DNA from: Neodothiora populina
Lineage: Eukaryota
Length of the DNA: 64,000 nucleotides
Direction of reading: 5' to 3'
NCBI RefSeq assembly: GCF_041146345.1
Contig: NW_027191405.1
Span: forward strand, 1,116,001 to 1,180,000
Shown here: positions 24,893 to 36,578 of the stretch, in pieces
Position numbering within the stretch: position 1 is the stretch's first letter
How the letters are laid out: the number at the start of each line of letters is the position of its first letter
The notes under the pieces: generated by a model
The model's database searches: none
What the model was told of the DNA's origin: nothing
What the model saw: the letters and a program-made list of their open reading frames with translations, nothing else
Made by a program: the position numbers and the translations under genes

Positions 24893-27139
24893 ATGGATGC
24901 AGAGATTAGAGCCCAGATCCCCGGCATCGATCCGGTCGTCTCTGACTATTCGGCTGGCTATCTAAGCTATGCGTCGCAAAGTTTCAGTTCTGAAGGTGAT
25001 CCATTGTCTGAAGCTGCCGCCACTGTGACAGCCTTGTTACTTTCCGCCTCAGGCGACCTATCGGGACAGAACGAAGCGACGATCCAGAATCTTGTTGATA
25101 AATTTGTTTCAAGGCTGTCCGCGCAGAATGGCGTTGATGGTGAGAGACGGCAACAAACCCCATCTGCCAGAAAGCTGGACCAGACGATTCAGGTTGGATC
25201 TCAACGAGGTATCTCAGCTACTCTAGGTTTGACCGGAGGTGCAGTTGATTTGGAGCACACTGGTCGTCAAGTCGAATCTCGCGTGGACAAGAAGAAACTT
25301 GAAAAGGCCGAACGAAAATTGCGAGCCAAGCAAGACCGCAAAGAATTCAAGTTCATCGAATATGAAGCTTCTAAACTTTTGGACGTTCCGGATGAGACTC
25401 AGTCTTACGAGGAGTTCTTCATGGCAGTCAATCCTCTCCAGTTGGGGTCTGACTCGCAATCGAAGAGTAAAGACATCAAGGTCGACGGCATTGATATTTC
25501 CATCGGTGGCAAGAGAATCCTTAACGATACTAATCTGACCCTGGCATATGGCCGAAGATATGGTTTGGTCGGTCAGAACGGTATTGGTAAGTCGACCCTG
25601 CTCAGAGCTCTCAGTAAGCGTGAAGTCCAGATCCCCACACATATCTCTATCCTTCACGTTGAGCAAGAGATCATGGGTGACGATACCCCGGCTCTGCAAG
25701 CTGTGCTGGATGCCGATGTGTGGAGAAAACATCTGCTCAGAGAGCAGGACAAGATCATCAAGGAGCAGACAGAGCTACAATCCGAGCGGACTTCCCTTGC
25801 CGATACTTCTGCCGAAGCGGCCAAGCTTGATCACCAGTTGGAAGGCCTGGATATCACTCTGAGCGATGTCCAGTCAAAACTCGCCGAGATGGAGTCAGAC
25901 AAAGCAGAGCCTCGTGCCGCAAGTATCCTTGCTGGCCTTGGATTCTCTCACGAGAGACAGCAGTTCGCAACCAAAACGTTCTCCGGAGGTTGGCGTATGA
26001 GATTGGCGCTTGCAAGAGCTCTTTTCTGCGAGCCCGACTTGTTACTTCTTGACGAACCGTCCAACATGTTGGACGTTCCCTCCATTACTTTCTTATCAAA
26101 TTACCTTCAAACATACCCCAGCACAGTCCTCGTTGTTTCCCACGACAGAGCTTTCCTCAACGAGGTTGCCACGGACATCATTCATCAACATTCGGAACGT
26201 CTCGACTACTACAAGGGTGCGAACTTCGAGTCTTTCTACGCCACCAAGGAGGAACGACGAAAGACGCTGCAACGAGAGTACGAGAAGCAAATGGGCGAAA
26301 GAGCCCATCTGCAGGCTTTCATCGACAAGTTCCGCTACAACGCTGCCAAATCCTCGGAGGCCCAATCACGTATCAAGAAACTAGAAAAGATGCCCATCCT
26401 CGAAGCGCCAGAGAGCGTCTACACGGTGTCATTCAAATTCCCGGATGTCGACAAGATGTCTCCGCCCATCATCCAAATGGACAACGTCTCATTTGGCTAC
26501 ACGCCCGACAAGCTACTGCTCAAGAACGTCGACCTTGACGTGCAGCTCGACTCACGTATCGGCATCGTCGGCCCCAACGGAGCAGGTAAGACGACGGCGC
26601 TCAAACTGCTCATCGGCGCCTTGACGCCCACCTCGGGTCTCATCTCGCAAAACCCGCGTCTACGCGTCGGCTTCTTCGCTCAACACCACGTCGACGCCCT
26701 CGACATGAACATGTCCGCGGTGGGCTTCATGGCCGCGAACTACCACGGCCGCTCCGACGAAGAATACCGCCGGCACCTCGGCGCCTTCGGCATCACGGGC
26801 ATGACGGGCCTGCAGAAAATGGGTCTGCTATCAGGAGGTCAGAAGTCGCGCGTGGCGTTTGCCTGCCTGTCTCTCCAGAACCCACATATCCTCGTCCTCG
26901 ACGAGCCGTCCAACCACTTGGATATCGAAGCCATGGACGCGCTCGCCGTCGCGCTCAATAACTTCCAGGGCGGCGTGCTCATGGTCTCTCACGACGTCAC
27001 CATGCTGCAGAGCGTGTGCAAGAGCTTGTGGGTGTGTGACGAGGGCACGGTCACGCATTTCGAGGGCACGGTCAAGGACTACAAGAAGAAGATCACCGCG
27101 CAGGCTAACGAGGCCGGTGTGGCTACGAGTCATCATTAG
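24893..27139 (+). CDS. GCN20: ABCF-family ATPase Gcn20/ABCF3
   Basis: Two ABC cassettes (GQNGIGKST, FSGGWRMR, LLDEPSN; GPNGAGKTT, LSGGQKSR), FIDKFRYNAAK linker, no TM segments. Confidence 0.93.
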   Translation: MDAEIRAQIPGIDPVVSDYSAGYLSYASQSFSSEGDPLSEAAATVTALLLSASGDLSGQNEATIQNLVDKFVSRLSAQNGVDGERRQQTPSARKLDQTIQVGSQRGISATLGLTGGAVDLEHTGRQVESRVDKKKLEKAERKLRAKQDRKEFKFIEYEASKLLDVPDETQSYEEFFMAVNPLQLGSDSQSKSKDIKVDGIDISIGGKRILNDTNLTLAYGRRYGLVGQNGIGKSTLLRALSKREVQIPTHISILHVEQEIMGDDTPALQAVLDADVWRKHLLREQDKIIKEQTELQSERTSLADTSAEAAKLDHQLEGLDITLSDVQSKLAEMESDKAEPRAASILAGLGFSHERQQFATKTFSGGWRMRLALARALFCEPDLLLLDEPSNMLDVPSITFLSNYLQTYPSTVLVVSHDRAFLNEVATDIIHQHSERLDYYKGANFESFYATKEERRKTLQREYEKQMGERAHLQAFIDKFRYNAAKSSEAQSRIKKLEKMPILEAPESVYTVSFKFPDVDKMSPPIIQMDNVSFGYTPDKLLLKNVDLDVQLDSRIGIVGPNGAGKTTALKLLIGALTPTSGLISQNPRLRVGFFAQHHVDALDMNMSAVGFMAANYHGRSDEEYRRHLGAFGITGMTGLQKMGLLSGGQKSRVAFACLSLQNPHILVLDEPSNHLDIEAMDALAVALNNFQGGVLMVSHDVTMLQSVCKSLWVCDEGTVTHFEGTVKDYKKKITAQANEAGVATSHH

Positions 27140-27640
27140 ACATTCGGTCCGTAGATACGTACGCACATAGCTGGACACGGAATCGTTGACGCTTTCTTAT
27201 CCTCCACAAAAGATATGAGCTCGACTGTGCACGTCTTTTTAGTCTTTTTGACCGTGAAGGTTTAGAAAGCAGGATCAAGGAGAAAAAAACCAGAAGCTGG
27301 TGTACATCTTGTGCGGGTCGGTCCGTGTTGGCTTTTACTACTTGCTGCTGCTGCTGCTGCTGCCGCTGCTACTGTTGATTTTTCTGTCATCTGATGAGCA
27401 TGGCTTTGTAGAAATTGACGTTATATATTCGACAAAAGATCGAAACAAAACAAGAAGAGCGAAGAAGAAGAAGAAAGCTCGGTTATAGATCTATAGGCAA
27501 GTTCGAGGAAAGGGGGGTGGTGTGTACTGTATATATCCCGGTTTCAAAAAAAAGTCTCAAACACGAAAAAAGCCAAACTTCATGTCCACGACATGCACTG
27601 CGCTCGCTCGAGCTCGCACATTCATAAACCTTCAACGACA

Positions 27641-30600
27641 CTACGACGTCGGCGCCGGCGGCGACGGCTTCCTCAACTCCCTCAACGCCCTCTTCATGCC
27701 CTCCAGCCTAGCCTTTTCTTTCACGACCATGCCTTTGGCCAAGCTCCTCAGCATGGCTCGGCCATGTCGCACGTGTTCCTCTTGCCAACCAGCCAATTCG
27801 GCAGCGACGGTCTGCTGGGTATACCTCAACTCCGAGCCGAGCGCGTCGAGTTCGTTTTGGACTTTTCGCGCCTTCTCCTCGGCTTCGGCCGCGATGGACT
27901 TGCGGGTTTCGTCGAAGAGGCCGATGTTGGGCGTCCAGCGGGATTGGCGCGATAGGGAGCCCAGGGCGCGGTCGATGTTGCGGCGGGCTTGCGACATGCT
28001 TGCGATTAGACTTGTGGGGCGGCCGAGGGCGATAAGCAGGGCGGCTGACGAGGTGGAGATGGAGTGCAGCGCGTAGTAGAGACTTGTGAACGGGTTTGAT
28101 TCCGTGGGTGCTAGGACTTTGGTGTAGCGGTCGAAGGCGGTGAGGTGTGTTTGTGGTAGGAAAGTCAGAGTGGCGACTGCGCTTGAGGACAGATGCTGGG
28201 CGTCGGCGAGGTCGGTTTGGAGCATGCGGTGTGCGTTTGTACGTCTGATTAGCGTCTTCGTGGCGTAGGACACGCCGCGAATCTGGTCCTTTGCGTGCGC
28301 TACGAAGAGTTCGACTTCCCTCGTATCGTATATCGGGTCGTAGTCGTCTCGTACATTTTCTACTCGAAGCTCGGCTTTCCGCTGACTGCGTTCTGCAAGC
28401 AGGATAGGATCAATGTCTGGCATCAGGAAAAACTCCCATACCATCTCGTGGGTTGAGAAGGTTGCATGGGCGAGGAGTATATGCAGGAAATTGTCCAGTC
28501 GGAGTTGGGTGTCTCGCAGTATTGCACGTGAAGGTTTTGAGGGAATCAAGAACGGTGACGTGAGGTTGAACTGATTCGGTAGCCACGAGGCTGGCTGCTC
28601 GATAGCCAACCACTTGGCGAGGTTCTCAAAGTCTGCTACAGACCGTCGGCAAGTCGTTACCGTGACCGTACCGTTTGGATTCGGCCCTCCTGACTTCAGA
28701 ACCAGACGCACGGTTGCGTCCTCGACGAAGAACGATCTCACCACTGTGGTCATTCTTCCGTCGTGTCCAGGTGGGGAGGACAGCAGGACCAAATCGTCAA
28801 TTCGATTTCGCACCTCATCATCCTTTGCAAGCTCGACTGCTGTGAGACCTCTTGTGTCCTTTGCTTGGAGCTCGACCCGCGGATCCCCGAAGAAGATACG
28901 AACGAGATCTATTCTACCGTATTTACTGGCCATCATGATGGGGGTGAAGCGCTTGTCGTTGGCCGCATTTACGTCGGAATCGCAGGTGCGTAGAAGCGTA
29001 GCGGCTAGATGTGGGTCGTTGACGATGTGCAACAGAGTGTTCCCCTTGTTATCAATGTGATCGTCCAGATGCAATGCTTCACCATCGCCTTGAGTGCCCT
29101 TTGCAAGACCCAAGGCTGTTTCCACCATCCAGCGATACTCCTCATGGTCGTACGATCGGCACAATGCGAACAGTGGTGTTTGTCCGTTCTTGTCCCGGAG
29201 TGTCCATGGTAATTTGTCACCGATGGACTCCATGAGGTGAGGTTGGTCGAACAAATAATGCGCAAGGCTTCGACCTTTGCTATCTTGTCTTGCAAGATAT
29301 GACCGCACTGCAGCGTCCGACGGCGCTTTTCGCATTATGAAGTTAAGCAAGTACATGCTGAGGTTTCGGTCCGCACCGTGGACTGCGGCGATGAGCAAAG
29401 TTGAGCCCTCGCTGTTACAGTCGTCCAGGACCATTTCTATGGGGAAATACCGGTCGAGACTAAGGAGGTATTCGAGGGAAGCTAACTGACCACTTTCGAC
29501 CGCCATCATGAGGATAGAGTCTCCCGTCACTCCCTGAGATTGCGCCATCTTCTCAATGGAGATGTCCCCGTCGACGGTCACCGAAGCGTTCGAGTCCAAA
29601 CTCTTAGAACGAGAATGCGATCTGGAGGAATAACTCGAGGATACAGAATTGCTGCGAAAAGACGCCATGGTCACTCTCTTTTGTCTCGGCTGGTCGATAT
29701 CCGGAGGTGGTGTAGGCGGGCGTTGAAAGGGAAAGACGTGGGCAAGTGGACCTGCGCTGGGCCCATCGTCACCGGTCTGCATGGTTTCGTCTTGTAATGA
29801 AAGACTCTCGACGAGGTCCGGTGCGAGCAACCATGGCTCATTCGGTTCGAGCATGGATCTCAACTCGGAAACCTTGCCCATCTTCGCGGCCTGCCACAGC
29901 TTTGTGTTCCTGCGCGAGGCCGAGCGCAGCGCGTCTGAATCGTGCGACAGATAGGCTAGCACAGCTTCGAATGTACTGAGCACATAGCCAATCTCACCAC
30001 TGTCCACGTCGTCGATGAAGACGAAGTGGCGCATGTACGACAATCGGGCATGCAAGTGCCGCACAGAGCTCCGGATCACCACGACTAGAAGCATCGACAC
30101 AAGAGCATCGGCATTGATTATTACCGGGCTGGACTGCTTCTCTGACGCAGTGGCCGACTGTGCTGTTGACTTGGTGGAAGGCTCGGGGGGTGCAGAGGTC
30201 GAAGTGACAGCTTTTGCGGTTTCTAGCAGGATATCAACCATCTCTTGCGGGCTGCCGGCGACGCCCATCTTCTTGAAGATAGCGACTCCCCTGTCCAAAC
30301 GGATGGCCATGTCCCTCTTGGCCCGCATGGAGTGATCTATTGGGATACCAACCTGGGCGATGTCTATATCCACCATTCTCCTGATACGGTACTCAAGGTC
30401 AAGGTCGTCGGGGCGGCGGATGTTGATGATGCGTGGAAATATCAGAGAGTCATGTAGCTGCTCTGCAACATAACGCTCAATCATACGTTCGACGACTGGA
30501 CCGGAGAGGTCAGTTGTGGCACCAAGCAGGGAAAGCTGCTGGCGATCGACGCCCTGAAACAAGTCTATGGCGGCGGTGGCGGCGCTCTCTAAAGCAAATC

Positions 30601-31444
30601 GCATGCTCTCCTCTTCGGGATCGACGGCAAAGGTGGACATGAGCGAGGTGCCAGTGCTGGAAACGGAGGATTTGAGAGAAGCCAAAGAATCTTCGAGAGA
30701 GATGGACGAGACAGTAGATCGCTTGGAGGATCGCGAGGAGGATCGCGATGTCCCCTTCGGAGCAGACTTTTCGAAGTCGGTAGAGAAGTCTTTGAGGATC
30801 TTTTCCAGGCCAGGCTGCAGCTGCCTGGCGATGAGTGGGAAGTTCGAAAGAAGGTCGGAGAAGGAAGTGATGACTCGACGTTTTGGGTCCGAGGCGGGCG
30901 CGAACGTCGTGGCCGGAAGGCTCTTAGCCTTGTCTGCGGCACGCTGAGAGGCATCCTTGATGGTGGCGGGTACGAGGCGAGCAGACTCGAAGGAGCCGAT
31001 CAGCGGTTTGGTAATGTAGTATACGAGCCACTGCTGGGCATCGGAGGTGTCTGGGTAGAAGATGGTGTCCTGAAGCAGCTGTGCCTGATTGAGGGTCTTG
31101 AAGCCCTTGTTGCTGTACACATAGGTATCCTTGACGACAACGGTCCTCCCATTGATGGTCGAGTACTGCTTCGCCTTGCCTTTGTTCTCCCGGACGTTGC
31201 CGCCGCTCTCTTTGGAATTAGCAGTGCCTGACGGTATCTGGCCACCCGGCACACGCAGGACATGACTGGCGAGGAACTCTTCTGATGCGGCAAGATCTGC
31301 ATACAGGGATCCAGTATCGCGGTCCTTGGCCTGAAGCAGAGAGTCGGTGGTAGGTACGAGCAGGATATGGTGTCCGACGGGAAGGCACTGCGAGGGCAGG
31401 GTGCTTCGGAAGAAGGCCCTTAGAAAAGGGTTTAATGGGTGCAT
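27641..31444 (-). CDS. VPS9-ankyrin-PX(-BAR) endosomal GEF, Vrl1/VARP-like
   Basis: VPS9 motifs (INADALVSMLL, GEIGYVLSTFEA), ankyrin repeats (GQTPLF, GNTLLH, TPIMMASKYG), PX-like RRSVADFENL and a helical C-terminus. Confidence 0.85.
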   Translation of the reverse strand: MHPLNPFLRAFFRSTLPSQCLPVGHHILLVPTTDSLLQAKDRDTGSLYADLAASEEFLASHVLRVPGGQIPSGTANSKESGGNVRENKGKAKQYSTINGRTVVVKDTYVYSNKGFKTLNQAQLLQDTIFYPDTSDAQQWLVYYITKPLIGSFESARLVPATIKDASQRAADKAKSLPATTFAPASDPKRRVITSFSDLLSNFPLIARQLQPGLEKILKDFSTDFEKSAPKGTSRSSSRSSKRSTVSSISLEDSLASLKSSVSSTGTSLMSTFAVDPEEESMRFALESAATAAIDLFQGVDRQQLSLLGATTDLSGPVVERMIERYVAEQLHDSLIFPRIINIRRPDDLDLEYRIRRMVDIDIAQVGIPIDHSMRAKRDMAIRLDRGVAIFKKMGVAGSPQEMVDILLETAKAVTSTSAPPEPSTKSTAQSATASEKQSSPVIINADALVSMLLVVVIRSSVRHLHARLSYMRHFVFIDDVDSGEIGYVLSTFEAVLAYLSHDSDALRSASRRNTKLWQAAKMGKVSELRSMLEPNEPWLLAPDLVESLSLQDETMQTGDDGPSAGPLAHVFPFQRPPTPPPDIDQPRQKRVTMASFRSNSVSSSYSSRSHSRSKSLDSNASVTVDGDISIEKMAQSQGVTGDSILMMAVESGQLASLEYLLSLDRYFPIEMVLDDCNSEGSTLLIAAVHGADRNLSMYLLNFIMRKAPSDAAVRSYLARQDSKGRSLAHYLFDQPHLMESIGDKLPWTLRDKNGQTPLFALCRSYDHEEYRWMVETALGLAKGTQGDGEALHLDDHIDNKGNTLLHIVNDPHLAATLLRTCDSDVNAANDKRFTPIMMASKYGRIDLVRIFFGDPRVELQAKDTRGLTAVELAKDDEVRNRIDDLVLLSSPPGHDGRMTTVVRSFFVEDATVRLVLKSGGPNPNGTVTVTTCRRSVADFENLAKWLAIEQPASWLPNQFNLTSPFLIPSKPSRAILRDTQLRLDNFLHILLAHATFSTHEMVWEFFLMPDIDPILLAERSQRKAELRVENVRDDYDPIYDTREVELFVAHAKDQIRGVSYATKTLIRRTNAHRMLQTDLADAQHLSSSAVATLTFLPQTHLTAFDRYTKVLAPTESNPFTSLYYALHSISTSSAALLIALGRPTSLIASMSQARRNIDRALGSLSRQSRWTPNIGLFDETRKSIAAEAEEKARKVQNELDALGSELRYTQQTVAAELAGWQEEHVRHGRAMLRSLAKGMVVKEKARLEGMKRALRELRKPSPPAPTS

Positions 31445-32919
31445 TCAATCGACATGGACCGCCGTCTCCGCCGTCATTGGACGCGCGACAGTCGTCAGAG
31501 TGACACTGACGCCCCAGGCGTACGCCTGGAAGGCTTTTGAGGAAGATGCTCAAAGGGCTTCAGGAGAGACAGAGAGGAGCTCGGGTGTGCTTGGTCTTTG
31601 ACCTCTGCTGTTGCGCTGTTGCAGATCAAGTGCTCTGGCGGATCACGAGTTCTTGATTTGACACGGGTGTCTGAATAGCTGCGGTCAGGATGCGTGCGGA
31701 TCTCACGCTGGCTGGTGGACACGGAGATGGCGTATGTGGACGTGTATGAGAAGTAGCAAAGCACTTGCGCACAGGACGTTGTTGTAATCTACAGTTCGGA
31801 GTTGAGCCGGTTGACTTGATATATCACTTCCGCGAGAGCGTACGATTGTTTTGTATATAGTCGAGTGCTCACTTTAGTACCGTATGTGTCATAAGACGGT
31901 GTTAGGTACTGTACAGAGTTCTATAATCCTTAAAGACTTCAAGATACTTTACCCGTGACGCGATTTTGACTACAATCGAGGTACTTCACTGTAGCCTTGT
32001 ATTATATCGTACCTTGGTCCTGTGCCGTTCAGATCACAAACAACCCCCCTCAAAGGTGCATCTGACCGCCTTACAGCAGTAACCAAGGTACCTTAACCAA
32101 GGTACCTTGGCCACCATACTACCTTATTATCAAGTGGCTTCATAAGGTAGGTACAATTGCTCTCGAGCAGCAAGGGATACGTCAACCTGCGACTCCTCCG
32201 ATTGCCAAGCCACATAATCGCTCTCAGCCACTCTGCCCCGGTCCTGTATTGCCAGGCTTCAACTGGGATACAACAGTAATTAACTCCGCATTCCCGCTGC
32301 AACTAACTATATCTGAAAACTCATGCCATGCTGCTATTCGCATCTACATCACGCCACAGCACACATGCAACAAGGTATGCAGTGCATCCAAGGGTACCTT
32401 GGAACAAGTCGTGAGTAGCGTTTCATGTGATATCGTGTTCGCGATCCATGCGCAGATAATCGCAGGTGCGGTACGTACGGCACTTGGCAGGCATACAGAG
32501 GAATCACAAGTCCGTGGACTCGCCCATATACACACTATTATTGCAGCAAATACGGCGCCTCATGTTCTCAGGGCCAACATGGCTAGACTATAAAAGTCGT
32601 CCGAAAGGGTGATGTCGTATATTCTGATCACATTTGCTCTTTGCTTTTATTGCTGAACATGGCCACATCCATCCAAGCTTCTCTACATCGCATCGCCAGC
32701 TTTGAGCTGTTGCGCATTATTGCACGATCCGCGAGCATTATCATACCATCAGCGCGGATCGCCGCAGTGACTGCATCAGGTGCTGTACGTCCTGGACTCA
32801 ATCCCATCTCGGCTGGCCCATGTTGGCATTGCATGGCACATGGCCTCCATCATCGATTCGATAGTACAAGCCGTGACTCTGGCAATCTCGATTCTCTGCT
32901 GAAACGATACTGATCCATC

Positions 32920-34439
32920 TCAAGACTTGGCAGCACCTGCCTTGAAAAGGACAATGTCACCGTCCTGAACCTCGTACTCCTTGCCTGTAAAGTCGTCAGT
33001 GAACTCGTTCTGCTACCAGAAAATCGCTTTGGCCTACCCTTGGTCATGATCTTGCCCTTGGCGCGGACAGTGGCTTCGTCGCCCTCCTCGCGAAGGACGC
33101 TGTAGTTGTAAACGATGCACTGAATGAAGGTCTTCTCGAAATCTCCGTGAATCACACCGGCGGCTTGAGGTGCCTTGGTTCCGTTGCGGAGAGTCCATTG
33201 CCTGACTTCGTCTGCACCAGTGGTGAAGAAGGATCCGAGGTTGAGCGTCTTGCGCATGGTGACAATGACCTTGGGAAGGATGGACTTGGTGCCAAGCTTC
33301 TTGCACTCCTCCTCGGCCTCTGCTTCCGTCTCGAATCGGGTGAGACGTTCCTCAAACGACACAGACATGGGGATGACTGCGCTGCCGGGTGCCTTCTCCT
33401 TGATCCACTCTGCAACCTTGGGGAGGTACTTGTTCTTCTGGCGAATGTAGTCTCTCTCGCTCAGGTTGACAAGGTACACGCTGGGCTTTGCGGTGAGAAG
33501 GAAAAGGGGGTTGATGACTTCGACCTAATAGCAATTCGTCAGCATTGTCACTCGTTCTCAGTCGAAGCCGAGGCTTATTTCTCATATAAAGCGAAAGGAT
33601 TGATCAGAAGGGACTTCTTTTCATTACATTCCTGCGTTAAAGGAATATCAAAGAGCTGGGTGTAAAGTCGAGCAAGAAGCTCTTGTTCATCATCGAAACT
33701 TCTGGGGTGGGATTGCGCCATCTTGTGGTTACATACCTCTCGGGGAGTCCAGTCGGCGTGGTAGATGGGCTTGCCGTCTTGCAGGTGTTGTAGGATCTTC
33801 TCGACGATGGACTGCTCCTCCTTCATCTTCTTCATCTCAAGAGATTGACCACCTCGTCTCGTCTGCTTGGCCAGGTTCTCGAGTGCCTTCTCAACAAACT
33901 CGATATCCTTGATGCGGAGCTCGTCGGCAATAATCTCGAGATCACGGACGGGATCCACGTCACCCTCGACGTGGATAATCTCTGCGTCATCGAAGCATCG
34001 CACGACCTGGAAGATGGCGTCGACAGCGCGGATGTGAGACAGGAAAGCATTGCCGAGACCAGCACCGGTCGAAGCACCACGGGTCAGACCAGCGATATCG
34101 TAGACGGTCAGGTTAGCAGGGACCTTGGACTTGGGCTTGTATTGTTCGCAGAGCCAGTCGAAACGCTCATCGGGGACAACGACACGAGCCTCCTCGGGGT
34201 CGATGGTGGCGTAAGGGAAGTTCGCAGGGTTACCGAGGGAGGACTTGGTGATGGCTTGGAAGAGGGTGGATTTTCCGACGTTAGCCAGACCAACCTATAT
34301 ATGCATGAGCTTCATGTCACTGCGCTTCGCAGAAGCTGTGCGGTTCAATAAAAGCCCTACATACGATACCACTCTTCAGGTTGTTTCCCGGGCGACCCAG
34401 AGGAATGCGCACTGGGGCTACCTGCTTCTTGGGAGGCAT
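32920..34439 (-). CDS. OLA1: Obg-like ATPase Ola1/YchF
   Basis: GIVGLANVGKST, DIAGL, TAKPSVYLVN, TKAPQAAGVIHGDFE, YEVQDGDIVLFK. Introns 34295-34364, 33525-33736, 32985-33037. Confidence 0.95.
33553..33698 (-). ncRNA. Intronic box C/D snoRNA, snR69-like (predicted guide for the LSU rRNA Cm equivalent to yeast C2948)
   Basis: C box ATGATGA (33693-33687), guide ACCCAGCTC (33661-33653) followed by T and D' TTGA, ATTCCT/AGGAAT stem, C' TAATGA, D box CTGA (33561-33558), short terminal stem; lies inside a 212-nt intron. Confidence 0.8.
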
Positions 34440-35145
34440 TTTCTTCTTTTTGCTGGCGAAACCACGGGTGTTTTTGGTTGGCGCAGAGAATTGCGGAGTC
34501 GGCGACCAGCAGACTCGAAGACAGGCGGTCACAAGTGCAGTACCTGCTGCAGAGGTCCCACGAAAGGATGGAGAAACGAAAAGTAGGCGAGGGGTGAGTG
34601 AGGAAATCGTCTTGGATTGAGGGAGACGGCTAGCACTTGCCGAATCCCAGCACGATGAATGTAGTTGGCGGTGTGGAGGGGAGGTGAAGTACTGTGGTAT
34701 GAAGGTCCTTTAGAGGTAGTGGGATGATGATGGAAGTTAGGTTGATTGTACAGCACAGTATGATGCCCAAGCGGCGGGGCGCGAGCGAACAAATTTCAGA
34801 TGTGAAGCAATGGCTTCCGCCGCGGATTAACCGAGGGCCCCTCATCTGAAGGTGAAGCTGAAGATGGTCCAAGGTAACCTGGAAGTTATATAAGAGATGA
34901 TCGAACGTACATTTTAGTCAATTAGATGTAAGTGTGTTCAGTATAGTACTCAGGGTATGGATCCCTCGAGATAATTTACAACATAAACCACGCTGTTCAA
35001 GTCCGGGCTTCTATAATGCTTCACTTTTACTACATGCGTCCCGCCTGCCGAACTCCTCGTGCACACCAATCTAGCACTCGCGGTGCAATATGGATGTTCA
35101 TACTTTGTTCCGATGCCCGGAACGGCCGATGATCTCGGGTGGACT

Positions 35146-36578
35146 TTATACCTTGACACTGTGTTTCACAAGATTAGCGTGATGAACATGTTGACAGAAT
35201 TTAAGATTCTCGACTTACCTCCATGGGTGCTCCTCCTCGCCGTACTGGATGCCCTCGATCCAGTTCTTCATCCTCGTGGCAATGGGTCCAGCCTCCGATC
35301 CGGCTTCGAGACCGCAGTCGACCATCTTGCCCCTCCAGCCGATGTTTCTCACAGGGCTGACGACCGCAGCAGTGCCTGCACCGAAGACCTCGAGCATGCG
35401 ACCCTCTTCGGCAGCGTCGGCCACCTCCTTCATGGTGAATTTTCTCTCGGACACGATCCAGCCCTCGGGCACCAGTCTCTCGCGGGCAAGCTCGAGGATA
35501 GAGTCTCTGGTGACACCCTCGAGGATGGTGCCGTCTAAAGGAGCAGTGACCAGCTCCTTCTTGCCGTCTTTGGTCTTCATGGCGGCGAACAGGTTCATGG
35601 TACCGACCTCGGTCACGTACTCCTCGCCATCAGCCTCGAAGAGCCACAGGTTCTGGTGGAAGCCGCGGGCGGCTGCCTGCATCTGCGGGACAATGCAGGG
35701 TGCGTAGTTTGCGCCGAGCTTGCTGTTGCCAACACCGCCGGGCCAGGCTCGCACTGCGTATGTGGTCGCCTCGAGCGAAACGGCCTTGAAGCCGGTTGGG
35801 TAGTAGGGACCGACGGGCGAGGCGATGACATACAACAGGGCGGAGCCCGGAGGACCAACACCGAGGGTCTTTTGGGTTCCGATCATGGTAGGGCGCAGGT
35901 ACAGGGAGTAGCCACGTGCACTGGTAACAAACGAGTCAGATCAGGGTGAATCAGGTGATGGCATGTGACCACGAGATGGAGACAGAAAGGCGACTTACGA
36001 GGGAATGAAACGCTCGTCAACCTTTGTGAATTTGCCAATCAGCTCAATCATGGCCTCGCTGTCGAAGGTAGGCAGAGCGATACGTGAAGAAGACCTGTTC
36101 AGACGAGCCATGTTCTTGTCGGGTCTGAAAAGTCTCACGTCGCCGTTCTTGTCCTTGTAAGCCTTCATGCCCTCAAAGCACTCGAAGGCATAGTGGAAGA
36201 CACAGGTGGCGGGATCGAGCGAGAGATTTTGGTAGGGAGTGATGCGAGATTCTTGCCAGCCGTCTGAAGCAGTCCATTCGAGGGAGAGCATGTGATCTGT
36301 CAAGAATTGGTTCAGCGAGTTGCCAGTATAGCGCATCGGGTCAAAGTACCAGTAAAGTAGCGGCCAAACACCAGCTCTTCATTCGGCATCAGTTGCTTCG
36401 GTGTCGTCGTCTTGGTTATGGACAACTTGGAGGGGTCTATGGCCTGGAGCCGGGGCTCCGAGGCATCCTTGGCTTGGATGGCATAGAATCTAGACTGGCG
36501 CGAGACATTGAGGGATCGGAGAGTGCGGGCGGAAGTCCTGGCCGCAGCAGAGGAACGGGGCAGTAGTGATGGCAGCAT
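35146..36578 (-). CDS. BAT1: Branched-chain amino acid aminotransferase with mitochondrial presequence
   Basis: [59 protein letters not shown]. Introns 36297-36349, 35921-35998, 35159-35218. Confidence 0.93.
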
